A stretch of DNA of 61,924 nucleotides, the filler included, from Chiloscyllium plagiosum (lineage: Eukaryota), in assembly GCF_004010195.1 (NCBI RefSeq). It is 3 parts of one record of this genome, joined end to end, with 100 filler letters (N's around TTAATTAATTAA, not from the genome) between each part and the next. Parts side by side here need not be neighbours in the genome. Positions count along the whole stretch, not along the records: positions 1 to 29,421 come from NC_057710.1; 2 more parts are not named here. The stretch is one strand, 5' to 3'. Shown piece by piece: positions 14,354 to 27,380 of this stretch. The notes beneath the pieces were generated by a model, which had not been told where the DNA came from, did not search any database, and was given only the letters and a program-made list of their open reading frames with translations. Each line of letters begins with the position of its first letter. Positions within the stretch are counted from its first letter, which is position 1. The position numbers and the translations under genes are program-made.

Positions 14354-15439
14354 ACTTATCAATAGGTCAAGATCCTGGAATGCCCTCCCAAATGCCACTG
14401 TAGGTGAACCCTCAGCAGTTCCAGATGGCAGCTCACCACCACCTTCCCAAGGGCAACGAGGGATAGACAATAAATGTTGACCAGCCAGTGATACCCACAT
14501 CCCACAAATGAACTAAACAGACACACCTGAGGGTCATCATGCTTCAGGTGAGGGGAGAGGTTCAGAAGGAGAGTCCTTCATGGTAACCTCAGCCTGCAGG
14601 AGAACTAAACCCAAACTGTTGACATACTCTGCATTGCAAACCAGCCATCCAGCCAACTGAGCTAACTAACCTCTATATTATTGGCATTTCTCCAAGTTCC
14701 CTACAGATCGGTTCCAATATAATTTCCATTAATTGGCAGTCGTTTTCTTAGGTGAAAACAAGCCAAAACTGAAGTGTGCAAGCTTCTAAGCCACTCAACT
14801 GTTGAAAGTTTTATTTGTACATGTACAACTATTTACCAAGAAAACAATGACAGGCTTGAACAAGTCAGTAACTTTAAATTAGAAACTTAATTTGTGAGAT
14901 TAGGGAATGAGACACAGATGCCTTAAACGATTTGCACAATAGCTGTGGTGGATGAAAAACCCTTCGTTGTTCAGTGTACTATTAAAAAGGCAAATTAAAT
15001 AAGCACATTTATAATTTCTCATGCCAACATGCTGACATATCAAAACAAAGCTTACTAACACTCCAGTGCTGAGCCCAGAATGTGCAGAGAAACTGGGAGG
15101 GTGTCTAATTTGGTCAGCTTAAAGTGACACTGGAGATATATTTGATTGTTATCAGCACCATATTCCAAAAACATCTCTCATTTCAGCCTTCACAGACATG
15201 CAAACTGTGCCAGGTCCAGAGTAATGAGTAGCCCCACCCAAACAAGTTACTTTCCCAACATGACAACTCTAATAAATAGGCAAAGAATCCACTGGTTTAA
15301 AATAAAATGCAGAAAGCTTGTGCAATCAGCAAGGCTAACAGAGTTGGGAGAACACTGCAGAAAGTGTGGTATTTTGCACTTAAGGTTTTTTATATAAATT
15401 TGAGGAAAATGATACAGAAAGAATATTATAGTCAGACGT

Positions 15440-16562
15440 ACAAAGGAAACAGACCTTTAGGCTTGCCAGCACTTGGCTCATATCCATCTACACCCTTCCT
15501 ATTCATATAACCATCCAGATGCCTCCAATTTGTAATTGTACCAGCCTCCATCACTTCCTCTGGCAGCTCATTCCATGCATGCACCACCCTCTGTGTGAAA
15601 ATGTTGCCCTTTAGGTCCCTTTTACATCTTTCCCCTCTCACCTTCAACCTTCCCCCCTCTAGTTCTGGACTCCCCCACCCCTGGGAAAAGACCTTATCTA
15701 TTTACCCTATCCATGCCCCTCATGATTTTGTAAACCTCTAGAAGGTCACCTCTCAGCCTCCAACACTCCAGGGAAAACAGCCTCTCCCTATAACTCAAAT
15801 CCTCCAACCCTGGCAACATCCTTGTAAATCTTTTCTGAACCCTTTCAAGTTTCACAATGTCCTTCCGAGAGGGGGGAGGCGAGAACAGCACACAATATTC
15901 CAACAGTGGCTGACTCAATGTCCTGCACATCCACAACACGATCTCCCAACTCCTATACTCATTGCTCTGACCAATAAAAGAAAGCATACCAAACACCTTG
16001 TTCACTACCCTATCTACCTGTAACTCTACTTTCAAGGAGCTTTGAACCTACATTCCAAGGTCTCTTTATTCAGCAACACTCCCAAGGACCTAAGCATTAA
16101 GTGAATAGATTCCACTCTGATTTGCCTTTCCAAAATGCAGCACCTCACATTTATCTAAATTACACTATCTGCCACTCCAAGGCCCATCTGATCAAGATCC
16201 CACTGTACTGAGGTAACCGCGCTCACTGCCCACTACACCTCCAATCTTGGTGTCATCTGCAAACTTACTAGCTGTACATCCTACAATCACATTCAAATCA
16301 ATTATATAAATATGAAAAGCAGTGGACCCAGCAACAATCCTTGTGGCATACCATTAGTCACAAGCCTCCAGTTTGAAAGGCAACGCTCCACAACCACCCT
16401 TGGTCTTCTACCTTCGAGCTAGTTTTGTATTCAAATGGCTAGTACTACTTGTATTGTTCGAGATCTAACCTTGCTCACCAGTCTACCATGAGGAACCTTG
16501 CCAAATGCCTTAGTGAAGTCCGTATAGATCACATCCACTGCTCTTCCCTCACCAATCCTCTT
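15440..16562 (-). mobile_element. CR1/HER1 LINE RT and 3' end
   Basis: VIYTDFTKAFGKVPHGRL; LERVQKRFTRMLPGL; WNELP. Confidence 0.92.
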
Positions 16563-17084
16563 GGTAAAATTTAGAAGTGTTTTAAAACTATGTTTCCTAA
16601 CTGGCAATGATCTGTTGAACATAAGTATAATAATTGTGAAGCTATCCATTTTGGCCAGAGAATACAAAGGTAAACGATAATTTAAATAGAAAGAAACCTT
16701 AGTTTTCTTCACTGCAGAGGGATCCAGCTTTCTTCATGCATAAGCACAGAAACCTAGCATGCAGGTTCAGCAAGTAATAAAGGAAGACAAATGGAATTTT
16801 GGCATTTATTGCAAAAGGAAGAGATTTTAAAAGTAGGGAAATATTGGTGCAACTGTCCAAGGCATTACCCATTCTGGACTACTGTGTACAATTTTGGTGG
16901 GATGCAGTTGTATTGCAGGTAGTTCAGAGGAGTTGGTACAATGATAGGTAGGGATAAAGCCCAAAGAGAGAGAAGAACAGTTGGACAGACAAAGGTGTGG
17001 ATCACAATCCACCGAAGAGGGTGAACAGCTATGCACAGAGACTGGTACAGAATGTTACAAGCACTGACAGTCTCCAATAACTTC

Positions 17085-18368
17085 TAGGACTGATTAGGGA
17101 TAGTCAACATGGCTTTGTGTGGGGGAAATCATGTGTCACAAACTTGATTGACTTTTTTGAAGTAACAAAGAGGATTGATGAGGGCAGAGCGGTAGATGTG
17201 ATCTATATGGACTTCAGTAAAGCGTTTGACAAGGTTCCCCATGGGAGACTGATTAGCAAGGTTAGATCTCATGGAATACCGGGAGAACTAGCCATTTGGA
17301 TACAGAACTGGCTCAAAGGTAGAAGACAGAGGGTGGTGGTGGAGGGTTGTTTTTCAGACTGGAGGCCTGTGGCCAGTGGAGTAGCACAAGGATCGGTGCT
17401 GGGTCCTCTACCTTTTGTCATTTACATAAATGATTTGGATGCGAGCATAAGAGGTACAGTTAGTGAGTTTGCAGATGACACCAAAATTGGAGGTGCAGTG
17501 GACAGCGAAGAGGGTTACCTCAGATTACAACAGGATCTTGACCAGATGGGCTAATGGGCTGAGAAGTGGCAGATGGAGTTTAATTCAGATAAATGCGAGG
17601 TGTTGCATTTTTGGAAAGCAAATATTAGTAGGACTTAAACACTTACTGGTAAGGTCTTAGGGAGTACTGTTGAACAGAGACCTTGGAGTGCAGGCTCATA
17701 GCTCCTTGAAAGTGGAGTCACAGGTAGATAGGATAGTGAAGGCGGCATTCGGTATGCTTTCCTTTATTGGTACAGGAATGGGAGGTCATGTTGCGGCTGG
17801 ACTGAACATTGTTTAGGCCACTATTGGAATACTGCATGCAATTCTGGTCTCCTTCCTATCGGAAAGATGTGAAACTTGAAAGAGTTCAGAAAAGATTTAC
17901 AAGGATGTTGCCAAGGTTGAAGGATTTGAGCTACACAGAGAGGCTGAACAGGCTGGTGCTGGTTTCCCTGTACCCTCGGAAGATGAGGGGTGACCTTATA
18001 GAGATTTACAAAATTATGAGGGGCACGGATAGGTTAAATAAACAAAGTATTTCCCCTGGAGTTGGGGAGTCCAGAACTAGAGGGCATAGGTTTAGGGTGA
18101 GAGGGGAAAGATATAAAGAGAGACCTATGGGGCAACTTGTTCACACAGAGGGTGGTACAGGTATTGAATGAGCTGCCAGATGAAGTGGTGGAGGCTGGTA
18201 CAATTGCAACATTTAAGAGGCATTTGGATGGGTACATGAATAGGAAGGGTTTGGAGGGATATGGGCCGGGTGCTGGCAGGTGGGACTAGATTGGGTTGGG
18301 ATATCTGGTCGGCATAGATGGATTGGACTGAAGGGTCTGGTTTCATGCTGTTCATCTCTATGACTCTA
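17085..18368 (+). mobile_element. CR1/HER1 LINE RT and 3' end
   Basis: YMDFSKAFDKVPH, QGSVLGP, FADDTK and 3' UTR. Confidence 0.95.
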
Positions 18369-21082
18369 TCCACCCTCCTAGCCAGATCACTACCTACTCC
18401 TTTTGTCTGTCCAACTATTCTTCTCTGTGTTTGGGCTCTAACCGCACCTATTGTTTACTCCTTACCCCTTCCCATCTTCTACATATAAACCAACATTTTC
18501 CTAACATATATCAGTTTCTGAGGGCAGGTCACCAGACCCAAAATGTTAATTTTGATTTCTCTTCACAGTTGCTGCAAGACCTGTTCAGCATTTCCAGCAA
18601 CTTCTGTTTTTGTGTCATAGTTTTCTGAAAAGGGTAGCAGATTTAAAACAGATGAGGATAAGTTACTTCACTCAAAGAGTTGGCAATCTGTGGAATTCAC
18701 TACCCCCGAGTGCAGTTGATGCTAGACAGAGTAAACACAAGGAGACAGATATTGTTCATTAATAATGGGTTGAAAGGTTATGGACAGTGGACAGAATAGT
18801 GGAGTTGAGGCTGAAACAAGATCAGCCATGATCATATCAAATAGCAGAGCAGGCTCAAAGGACTGAATTGTTTACTCCTGCCCCTAGTTAGTACATTATT
18901 TTCAGCACTGTCACACATTGAACATTCAGGCGTCTTTGTGCAAAGATGATAGATCAGGGCAGAGTGAAATGGTTGGCTAGCTAGTTTCCACGTGCAAAGA
19001 AAATGAACTGCTCCCTGATCTGCAATGGAATGTCTTTTTCCTTCATCCCTTTGCAGTAATATTATCACCCCTGTTCCACTGTGTCATCTTAGAAAGACTG
19101 CTGAGATTTACCACCTGAAAAGCAGAAAAGTAATTTCATATAAAGGTAGGTTTTGATCATATAAACTATGCTAATTGTTCAAACAACCTCCAAACAAAAG
19201 TTTCAGTCATTGGTAACAACAGTCTAACAAAGCATAATGTGAACTGGAAGTTATAAACACCTCAAAACCTCAAGTTAGAAATATAATATTAAAAATAATC
19301 TTAAGGAAATGAGGGAACCACTGGAACAAATGGACAAAGATGGGATGCTCAATGACACAGCAGAGTACCAATGAAACACCCTTGAAGGAATGATGTAGAA
19401 CACATTGGATAAATTCTGTTCTAAAGTGAAGCAACCTCTACAGAATAGCCAAATGTGACTCAAAATGAATCAAATGTAAACTGAAAAAGAAAGGAAACCT
19501 CAAACTCATGAAAGCCAACGTGAGGCACGTGCACAAACCCCCCGGAAAAAGCAGAAACATTTGAACAGAGTAAGCAAACTGGACGAATTGCCTCAGGGTA
19601 AAAAAAATTATTAGCGGAGCCTAAAAATAATGACAAAGATCCACCAAGTATCACAATAGTAAGAAACTAGTGAAACAGTGAGAACCACAAAACTTCAAGC
19701 AAGGTTGAACAGAAAATAATGTATTGTGTATAGGAACTATTCACTAGGAAGATACAGGCAATGTACCCTGAAATGGATTAAATCAAGTAAAACAGAAGGA
19801 CTGCAATATTACAACCAAAACTGATTTCAGGCAGATTGCTCCCCTGCTTTCCCCAATTATGAGAAAGCTAGTTGTCAATTCCAGCACGTTGAGATGTTAA
19901 GACAAGTTTGAAGGCCTATCCTTAGATCAGAGGTGACTATCAAGATAGGTGCTCATATCTAAAATGGGTATAAACACTAAACTGGTTTTGTTAAGTGATT
20001 CCATTGGATGGAACTAACTGACAAAAGTCCTTGAAGGTTTCCTTTAAATTAGTCGTAGTTCTATTGCAGCCGAAGAGTTGAGCATATAACATAGGCTGAT
20101 GGATCTTGTAGAGGAGTAGACTCCCTAATTCTAGATCAAAAGATTAGAGTTCAGGCTCTACCTGCCCAGAACAAAGTTACAGCATGACCAAAGGGTTGAT
20201 TAATAAATACTATACCAAATATCAACCTAGATTATAGTTATTTCAATTTTTGCATTACTGAAGCTGTTGTTTGGATGACATACTATCACTCAGGTAGATA
20301 TTAACCATCCAATTTAAGGTATGAGGAGTTCACTTGACATCCTGACTATCACCATCACAACATACTGCTTTGTGGAAATCGTGGCTATCGATAAATGACT
20401 ATTGCATTTCTAGCTTTGGAACCAGCGACTCAATATCAGATCATACACTCAATGAAGTGCCTTGGGACGTATTAAATGTATGAAAGGGACTATAAAATGC
20501 AAGTTTTCTTTAACTGGGAGAACCTTGAGATTCAAGTGATCTTCACACAACATTTTGCGCCACCATGATATGGTTTTACATTTATTATAGTCTAACCACA
20601 GCTACTAGAAAGCAATTTAAAATGTTATTCCTGTTCAGTGTAAAGTACTATTGACAAAACCCAATTCAGCAAATATTTATTTTTCCAAGGGATGCGGTCA
20701 TGCTGGTAATTGCACTTAAGTGACTTACTTAGCCATTTCAGAGGCAGTTCAAAGTCAATCACATTGCTGTGGGTCTGGAGTCATGTGCTGGCCTGATTAA
20801 GGACACCAGATTTCTTTATCTAAAGGAGACTGAACCAGGTGGGTTCTTGCAACATTACTGATAGTTTCATGGTCTCAATTACAGATTCACATATTCCGTA
20901 TTTATGAATCCAATCTAGCTGCCATAGCAAATTTGAACCCATAGTGTCCAAAGCATTAGACTCACCCTCTGGATCAGTTGTCCACTGAGATTAACCACAA
21001 CAGCACCACCTTCCCCCATCTCATTGAGAAATATAATTTTGCACATTTTTTCCTTCTGACTAGTTGAAGAATCATCACATAC

Positions 21083-21272
21083 CTTGAAGAACACAATTAC
21101 ATATTTTGCTCCTTTTTGAGTGATGTCAAACAAAAATCGTTCCACCAAATAGAAAAAGTGCAAATTCTGCCCCTCGCGAAAAGCACTGTCTAGTACATGT
21201 TCAATCATTAATGAATCCCCATCAATCACAAAAAATTCAGACTCCACGGAGTCGTGTAGCAAGCTGGTACAT
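21083..21272 (-). CDS. DDX60: DDX60 coding exon 3
   Basis: Acceptor ttttcttacag, donor AAG|gtatgt; 190 nt; CTSLLHDSVESEFFVIDGDSL...GQNLHFFYLVERFLFDITQKGAKYVIVFFK closely matches recalled DDX60 (VESEFFLIDGDSL...GQNLHFFYLVER). Confidence 0.95.
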
Positions 21273-23595
21273 CTGTAAGAAAAACCAATGAATAGCTTTA
21301 CAAACAAACTAAATTAACTAATGATGAATCAGCTTCTTAGGTAACCAACGGAGCAACTAAGATTTGTATGGATAATACTTTATGTGGAATTCCAGGAACA
21401 TTTATGATCATTCTCCAAAAAAAAAAAAGAGTTAACAACAATTAGAGTCCATGGAATTATATCCAACTATTGACATGGATAGGAAACTGGTGCAGAGACA
21501 TGAGAAAGAAAGAATAATTGATTTATACTGAACTTGACAGAATGACGCCCCCAAGAATCTGTGAAGATGATGGGAAGAGAAAGTTAAAAAAAAACAATAG
21601 AAATGAGTGCACCAAACTGTGGTATGAGGAATTACAATTTCTAGGGCTTTTTGGAAGGTTTTAAAGTAAGTTGGCAAGGATGTGGGAACCAAAGAAGTTT
21701 GGCAGACAAGACCAGAGCTCACAAAATACTGAGAGATGCAATTGGTGCAAGCATCGACAAAGTTAGTTGAAGTGAAATTAAGCAAGAGAAATGAAGTCTA
21801 AATCAGGGCTCTTGTGCGAATGCAAAAATAAAGTAAATAGGATTGGGGAGTTATGGGTGCAAATTGCCATGCGAAATGTTGATGCATGTCTGCTATCAAC
21901 ACAACAAACAGGAGCCCATTTCACCCTCAAGCCTGTTCTGCTTTCAATGAGATAATGGTTGATCTGAAGCCCAAATCCATATACCTGTCTATAGTCAAAA
22001 TTTCTTTTCTTATCAAAATATCTCCGATATAAAACTGACAATTGATCCAGCATCAACAGCCATTTGTGGAAGAGAGTTCCACACGTGCCACCCTTTGTAT
22101 GGAGGAGAAGTGCTTCCTAATATCTCTCCTAAATGGCATTGTCCTAATTCTCAGTCTATGTACCTAGTTCGATAATCTCCAGCCTCTGGAAATAGTTTAC
22201 CTTTCTAGTTTCTGATTTTTCCTGTTAATATCTTGAAGACTTCAATGAGAACACCACTTAACCTTCTAAATTCTAGAAAATAAGGCCTAATTTGTGTAAT
22301 CTCCCTTCATGACTGAACCCCAGAAGGTCCAGGTATCATTGTTGTAAAGCTGCATTGTACTGCCTCCAAGGTCTTTCAAAGATGGAGTGCCCATATCTGC
22401 TCACAGTTCTCCAAATGGGGTCTAACCAGCGTTTTTATTTAGCTGCAGCATAACTTCTGCATTCAAATACTTCAGTCCTCGAGATATAAAGGCCAGCATT
22501 CCATTAGCTGCCTTGATTATTGTCTGCGCTTATTTGGAGCATGTTATAGATTTATGCATCTAAAATCTCAAGTTCTTTTGGACATGCACTATAATTAACT
22601 TCATGACACCTATGAAGTACCTTGTTCTATCTTTTTTCGGCTCAAAATGGATACCCTCAATTGCTTACATTGGGCAAGACTGTGGTGCTCATTCACCAAG
22701 TCTACCAAAATCCCTCAGTAACTTTATGATATTATCTACACAACTGCCTAACTTTGAGTCATCAAATTTGAATATGACTTTCAACCCCATTATCCAAGTT
22801 AGTAATAAATAATGTGAATAACTAGAGCCCTAACAGATTCTTGTGGGACACCACTGGACACATCTTACCACGCTGACTACCGATCCATCATCCCTACTTT
22901 GTCACCCATCATTCCATAAATTTCCCAACCATGTCAGTCATTCATCCTCAATTCTGTGGGCTGCTACCTTAGTCAATAGTATCTTATGTGGGAACTTACC
23001 TAATGTTTTCTGGAAGTCCATGCAAACAATATCTATTAATACTCCCACATCTACTACCTTAGTCACCACTTCAAAAAATTCAGAGGTTTGTCAGGCATAA
23101 TCTCCCTGATTAACTGAACACTTGAGGTGTTCAGCTACCCCATCCTTGATTATAGTCTCCTTTAATTTCCCCACAGCTGTTAGGTTAACTAGTGTGTAAT
23201 TCCCTGGTTTTCTCTTTCTTTTTTTAAAAAATGGACATGCAATTTTACAATCCAGATGGGTGAGTCCCGTATCTAAGGAATTCAAAGATTATAGTTAGGA
23301 GGTAGGAATATAATGTGATCCCCAACTTCCTTTAACAGTCAGATCCTGAACTTTTCTCACTCTTGTTCCATTAATTTCCTCAATTTCAATGTTTTAATTA
23401 CCTTAATTTTATTCAGTCTCTGCCCCCACTTCACTATAAAATTTCCTCAGGACGTCAGGTAATCTATCCCCCATTTCTGCTGTAAATATTCAGGCCAAGT
23501 AATTATTCAACATCTGCCACTTCCCTGTAGTCACTGACAATATCCCAACTTTCAGACTTCAGTGGGCCAACATTGCTCCTGACCCCCTTCTTTCC

Positions 23596-24946
23596 AATTT
23601 TTGTAGGACAGATTGAGATTCAGGTTTTAAGTTTGCTCGAGGTGGGAGGTTTGTTTTCAGACGTTTCATCACCATGCTAGGTAACATCATCAGTGAGCCT
23701 CCAGTGAAGCACTGGCGTTCTGTCCTGCTTTCTATTTACATATCTTGGTCTGTTGTGGTGGGTGACATCATTTCCGGTTCTTTTTCTCAGGTTGGTAAAT
23801 GGGGTCTAAATCGATGTGTTATTGATGGAGTTCCATTTGAATGCTAGGCCTCTGGGAACTCCTGAGAGTGTCTCTGTCTAGCTTGTCCTAGGATGGACAT
23901 GATGTCCGAGTCAAAGTGGTCTCCTTCTTCACCTGTCTGTTCGGATACTAGTGATAGTGGGACATGTCTTTTGGTGGCTAGTTGGCGTTCATGTATCCTG
24001 GTGACTAGTTTTCTGTGTGACTGTCCAATGTAGTGTTTGTTACAGTCCTTGCAGAGTATTTTGTAAATGACATTCATTTTTCTAGTTGTTGGTATAGGAT
24101 CCTTTTATACATCAAGAGCTGTTTCAGTGTGTTGGTAAGTTTGTGGGCTACCATGATGCCAAGGGTCCGGAGTAGTCTGGTCATCATCTCAGAGAGTCTT
24201 TGATGTATGCTCATGTGGTTAGTCTCTGGGCATGTTGCCACCTTGAACATGCTGTACAAGTATTTACAGTATATTCAGGAACAACAGGTACCTGATAAAC
24301 ACAATCTGCCGATTCTTAAAACAACAAACCCAAATAAATAGACAGAGAACCTAGCCAGACTACCATACAAAGACATCTTGGAGATGATAATCAAACTACT
24401 CTGGATCCTTGGCATCATGGCAGCCCACAGACCTACCAACACGCTGAAACAACTACGGATGAACCTAAAGGACCTTATACCAACAACTAGCAAAACAAAT
24501 GTCACTTACAAAATACCATGCAAGGACTGTAACAAACACTACATCAGACAGATAGGCAGAAAAACAGCCACCAAAAGATATGACCCACTATCTTTAGTAT
24601 CCTTACAGACAGTCGAAGGAGGAGACTGCTTCAACAGGGACAACACATTCACCCTAGGACAGGTTAAACAGAGACACTCACAAGAATTCCTCAAGGCCTA
24701 GCAATCAAACCGGAACTCCATCAATAAACACATCGATTTGGACCCCATTTACCAACCTGAGAAAAAGAACCAGAAATGATATCACCCGCCTTAACAGACT
24801 CAAGCACAAACAGAAAGCGCAACAGAACACCAACGCTTCACCGGAGGCTCACTAATGATGTTATCTACAAATGATGTTATCTCACATTGTGATGATACAT
24901 CTGAAAACAAACCTTCCAGCTCAGCAAGCAAAACTACAACCTGCAT
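23596..24946. mobile_element. Penelope-like element, two GIY-YIG 3' fragments in inverted arrangement
   Basis: NVIYKILCKDCNKHYIGQS (minus) and NVTYKIPCKDCNKHYIRQ (plus); hammerhead core at 23660-23693 (-); possible 9-bp TSD cttctttcc. Confidence 0.9.
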
Positions 24947-25579
24947 CTTCTTTCCCTTTATGTAACTATAAATTTGCTTCTTGTTATTGCAAGTTTCCTT
25001 TAGCAGATCACTTTAGCAGATGTGATTACTGGCCCTTTGCTGGTGTTTGTATCTTTTGCATTCGACAGGAACTGCGCTGTTTTCTGCATTTTTGTAAGCC
25101 CTCTCTTTCAGTCTAATGCTGTCCTTCATCTCATTAGCTGCCAATGGCTTTCTGTGAAGTGAAGGGTTCCTCTCTTGGGTATAGACTGGTTCTGTATTGC
25201 TTTAAATGTTTATTTAAACATCTGCCACTGTTCTTCAATTGCTTTACTCATTAGCAGATTTGTCCAGTTTATTGTGGATCTGTCTTTGTTTTTTCTCACA
25301 AAAGCCGACGTTACCTCAATCTAAAACTCTAGTGGCTGATTCATGTTATGGTCACTGTTTCATAAATATTCACACACAATTAGGTTACTAGTTACATAGC
25401 TCATTACTCATCAATAAAACCCAATACTGCGTGGCCCCAATGCGTCAGAAATATTGCTTGAGGAAACCATCACAGACATACTTCAGAAATTCACTATCTT
25501 TCTGGCAGATGCTTGTCTGCCTCTCCCAATCTGTCAAAATGACCAACCCCCCATAAAAGTAGTTCAGACTGGTAGGGCC

Positions 25580-27380
25580 AATTAGGGACCAAATATGAGA
25601 TTTGTAGCAAACATGGGTGAGGTGGTAAATGAATATTTTGCATGTCTTTACCAAGAGAAATTGTATTTGGGCCAAAGAGGGGGACTCGATCACTAGAAAC
25701 ACTTCAATAATGATAGGGCAGCAAGTATTAGATAGTTTATTGGTACTTAAACTTGACAAGGCACTGGAACTATGTGAAATGCCTCCAATGATTCTGAAAA
25801 GAGAGAGTGGAAATTGAAGGGACACTGGCCACAATCTTCCAATTGTGCCTAGACTGGGGGGAGGTACCAGAAGAGCAGAAAATGGCAAACATTATAGCCT
25901 TGTTGAAGGAAGGTTGCAAGAATAAGTCCAGCATTCAAATTGTGTGCGTGCGCGCTGGATTGGGTTTAAAGCTTCTACAGAGAATTATTCCAGGGATAGT
26001 TGTCACATAGAAAAAGGTAGGGCAAGTACAAAGAGTTAGAATGGATTTCTAAAGGGGCAATCATGTTTTACCAACTTGGAGTTTTTCCAAGATGTAACAG
26101 AAAGACTCAATGAGGGTCATGTCATTGACATGTACATGGACTTTCAGGAAGTTTTTGGGGCAGTACCACACAAAGAAAAATACGTGTCATGGAATAAAAG
26201 GGTCAGTGGCAATGTAGGTAGAGAACTGGCTGAGGAAAGAGACTTATAGTCAATGAGTACTTTTCAAGCTGGAGGAAGGTTTGTGGAGGTGCTTCCCATG
26301 GGTGGGTAGTGACAGCCATTCTTTTCTTGATATGTATTAACAATTTAGATCTTGGCAATTTCAAAGGTTGCAGTTAACACAAAACTCCTACGAATTGGAA
26401 ACCGAGCATAGGACAGCGCAGCAGGCTTTTGTGACAACAGGTGTCCCTACTCTGAGCCGGGATGCACATATTTAAGTTCCACCTCCTCCAAAGATGTGTA
26501 ATTACACGCCTGAACAAGTTGAAAATATCTAGAACATATCTCGAACTCCAGGAGGTCACAGACAAGTTGTTGAAGTAGGCTGATAGGTGGCACATGAGGT
26601 TTAATGCACAAAAGATGTCAGCTGATGATTTTTGGTACGAAAAACGTTCAGAAGCAAAATCAAATAGGAGGGTACAATTCCAATGGGGAGCTAGAACAAA
26701 AACACCTGGGTGTATATACGTATAGATCATTAAAATTGGCAGGATAGTTAGGAAAGCAGTAAGCAAAGCATAAGGCTTTATTGAGAGGGGCACAGAATAC
26801 AAAAGAACAAGGCGGTGATGCTGGAAATGTACATTATACTTGTTATGACAAAGTGAGGACTGCAGATGCTGGAAACGTGGCTGATACTTGTTAGACCTCA
26901 TTTAGAATACAGTTCTAGATTACATATTATAGAAAGGAGGTAAACACATTGGAGTGCGTGCAGACACGGTTTACAGAATTAAGCATTTCAATTATGAGGA
27001 TAGACTGAAGAGACTGGAACTGTTTTCAGAAAGAAGGCAGCCAAGAACAGGTCTGATAGAGGATTCTAAAAACATGTGGGCTAGATAAAATTGATAGGGA
27101 CAAGCTGTTCCTGTTTGTAAGAGGAACAAGAGGCATAGATTCAAAGTGATATACAAATGCAGCAAAGATGAATGGAGGAAAATATTTTTCATTTCGCGAG
27201 TAGAAATGTGGCAGATGGAGGTCCCATCGGGCAAGGATAACTATTCTGATAAAAATAATGTGCAAGGACATGGGGGGGGGAAAAGTGCATTCAGCACTCA
27301 GTAATAATACTCATTTGATGAGTCAGTGCAGACAAAACTGCTGCCTTCTGCACCATAATGCTTCTCTAATTCTGTGAAAT
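25580..27380 (+). mobile_element. Degenerate CR1 LINE ORF2
   Basis: GEVPEE..MANIIAL, YMDFQ and C-terminal motifs with many disruptions. Confidence 0.7.
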
